DNA of 64,000 nucleotides from Perkinsus chesapeaki ATCC PRA-425 (Eukaryota; Protista; Perkinsozoa): NCBI GenBank assembly GCA_013115145.1, contig JAAPAO010000071.1, positions 1 to 64,000 of the forward strand, read 5' to 3'. Shown piece by piece: positions 61,968 to 64,000 of this stretch (position 1 is its first letter; each line of letters starts with the position of its first letter). The notes under the pieces were generated by a model. It saw only the letters and a program-made list of their open reading frames with translations, ran no database searches and was not told where the DNA came from. The position numbers and the translations under genes were made by a program.

Positions 61968-64000
61968 TTATTCGAGCATATGTATCGTGTGTGGAGGCGA
62001 AGTGACCATTCCTATAGTATGGACCATTTCTGAGGGAGGAATTTCCTCCATCTCGACCATGCCACGACATTTCCAATACATAGTCATATTAAGAGGAGGC
62101 GATTCGCCTTCAATAGAAAACATAGCCGTGACTTCATAAAATCGGGAAGCCTTAAAATCAACAGGGACGACAGTGCTCAAATCCAGAGGCCGAGATGCGT
62201 TGTTTGTTGGTTTGTAGTTGACAACGGTCTGATCGTCCACAGCCAATGTGAGAGAAGCGCCTCCTTGCATAACCGGATTAAAGCGGCAGGCTAGCCTGTC
62301 CGAGGATACTTTAATCCAAGTGCGGAAGATAACAGCATCATACATTAATCCAGAGGTTGTGAAATACGGGTGGATAAACGTGCTTATAGGGTCACCTCGG
62401 AACTGAGGGTTATCGAACGCTTGGACCTCGAGCCCGGTCGTGTCGGGATGGGTGCAACTAAAACTAACTCCTCCGAGTGGCTGCTGTAACGCGCTGACCC
62501 ATTTACCGACTATACCGGCCGGATCAGGATCGTGAGAGCAGATGGCGACAGATTCACCACTAACCGGCGTGAACCCTTCTTGGCAGGTGAAGGTTGCCAC
62601 AGTTCCCAACGAGATTGTGTCGTTACTATACGTCACATTGACATTACTGGAAGCATTGATCGGCGCACACCAGTTCGCCGCGATGGCACAAGTCAGTGAG
62701 ATGGCCGACCAGCTATTCGCAGACGTGCACGTTGTAACACTTGCGCCTCCGATTTGGACGCTGCCAGGGAGGCAACCGAGAGTTGCTTGAGAACCCATTC
62801 GTAAGCCGTCGGTGATGGAGAGAACTCTGAGATTCTCAGGCGCCAGGCGCGGGCAAGACTGCTCATCGGCATCGCAGGTTATGTACTCGGACGGCGAACC
62901 GACAGGATTCCAGACAACCTGGTTTGTCATGGGGAGCCTAAAGACTCCGCCTGCCCCACAAACCATAGAAGGCCAACCATAGTAGCCTTTGGCACCAGTA
63001 TCACAGGATAGAGAAATGCTTTCTGAAAAGTTTGCCGGACGGTTCGGCGAGACTGAACCGCGAGTGAGTGTCGGTGAAGGGCAGTGTGCCTCCTTAGGGG
63101 AGCAGGTGAGGAAGGCGCTTACGACTACGTCCGAAAGCACGTCTCTCCAGAGCCGGTCCACACCGCACACTAAGGTTTGTGAATCGGCGCCACTATCGCC
63201 TTCGTAGCCCTCCTTGCATCTGGTAGTTATAGTGTCCTCTAGTGCACGACGGCCACCGACTATTATGTACACTCCGTTGAATTGAAGGGCAGGTTCCGCA
63301 CACCAGTTTTGCATTCGAACGCAAACCAGCGGTTGGTATGGCATCTCACTGCTATCATCAGCACGAACCCAGGAGCCTTGTTGGCCGCATCGAATGGCAG
63401 TATAACCATACAGCGGCTCATAGCCTGTATCACAACTCAGACTCAGCGTATCGCCGTAGGGATGGTATCCATCGGGAGATAAGTGAGACACCACAACACT
63501 CTGGGTATCAATGCCTAGGTTTGCATCACAATGGCGAGGACTAGGTTCGCAACTTAAAGGGATGGGTGAGGCGCCAGCTGTATTAAACCTGAGAGTAGGA
63601 ACATGGCCGTGCCACCGTACACCGGGAGAGCTCACCAACTTCCGCCTGACGTAGAATTGCCGCCGCAAATGATCTCGACGTCACCCGAATTGTACACGTA
63701 TCCCTGGTTGCAACCGAGGAAGGCTCTGCTGCCAAGCTGTCTTCCGCTAGTAGCATTGAGAACAGCGGCAATCGACGAGTTTACGGGTACAACAGGGCAC
63801 CAGTCTTCCACGGGACTGCATCGGGAAGGCGAACCATCACTTGCCGACAGCGCAGTGTCGGAGTCCAACCAAACGCCAATTGTGCCTAACGAGCTGGTGC
63901 CCTCCGCGGCCAGAGAGCACGCTTACCACTAGGACCATAGCCGCAGAACTTGCTGGATGTCTGACTGGCGGTTACGGCGGTATACCCGACTGCACAAGTG
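61968..64000 (-). CDS. Sushi/CCP-repeat + PA14-like domain protein; 5' part lies beyond window, 3' end unresolved
   Basis: At least 7 C..C.xGY/F...C....W...C modules, then GLEVQAFDNPQFRGDP...VIFRTWI...LTLAVDDQTVVN (PA14-like); two short in-phase introns near 63888-63928 and 63591-63637. Confidence 0.85.

Overview
Eukaryotic, gene-dense protist DNA, most consistent with a Perkinsus-like alveolate. This is inferred from many 35-55 nt GT-AG introns, apicomplexan-type CDPKs, a RAP-domain protein and a prodomain-less subtilisin; no database was consulted. Bases 1-52 kb hold mostly intron-rich housekeeping genes: two tandem CDPKs, a HAD hydrolase, MGMT, a RAP protein, Lsm14/Scd6, an NSUN5-like methyltransferase, XPG/Rad2, a ropporin/RIIa-like protein, an OTU deubiquitinase, a CCCH zinc finger, an FCP1/NIF-type phosphatase, an LPCAT-type acyltransferase, an ALDH21-like dehydrogenase, a CBA1/BtuF-like substrate-binding membrane protein, a stand-alone Ffh/SRP54 M-domain-like protein and several hypothetical proteins. 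Bases 53-64 kb look like an accessory 'secreted protein' block: a subtilisin, two paralogous 8-Cys prepropeptides sharing a conserved upstream element, a permuted papain-like (NlpC/P60) enzyme and a Sushi/CCP + PA14 protein that runs off the window end. All exon structures were assembled by eye, so starts and ends of hypothetical genes are approximate. No rRNA, convincing tRNA, CRISPR array or intact transposon was seen.
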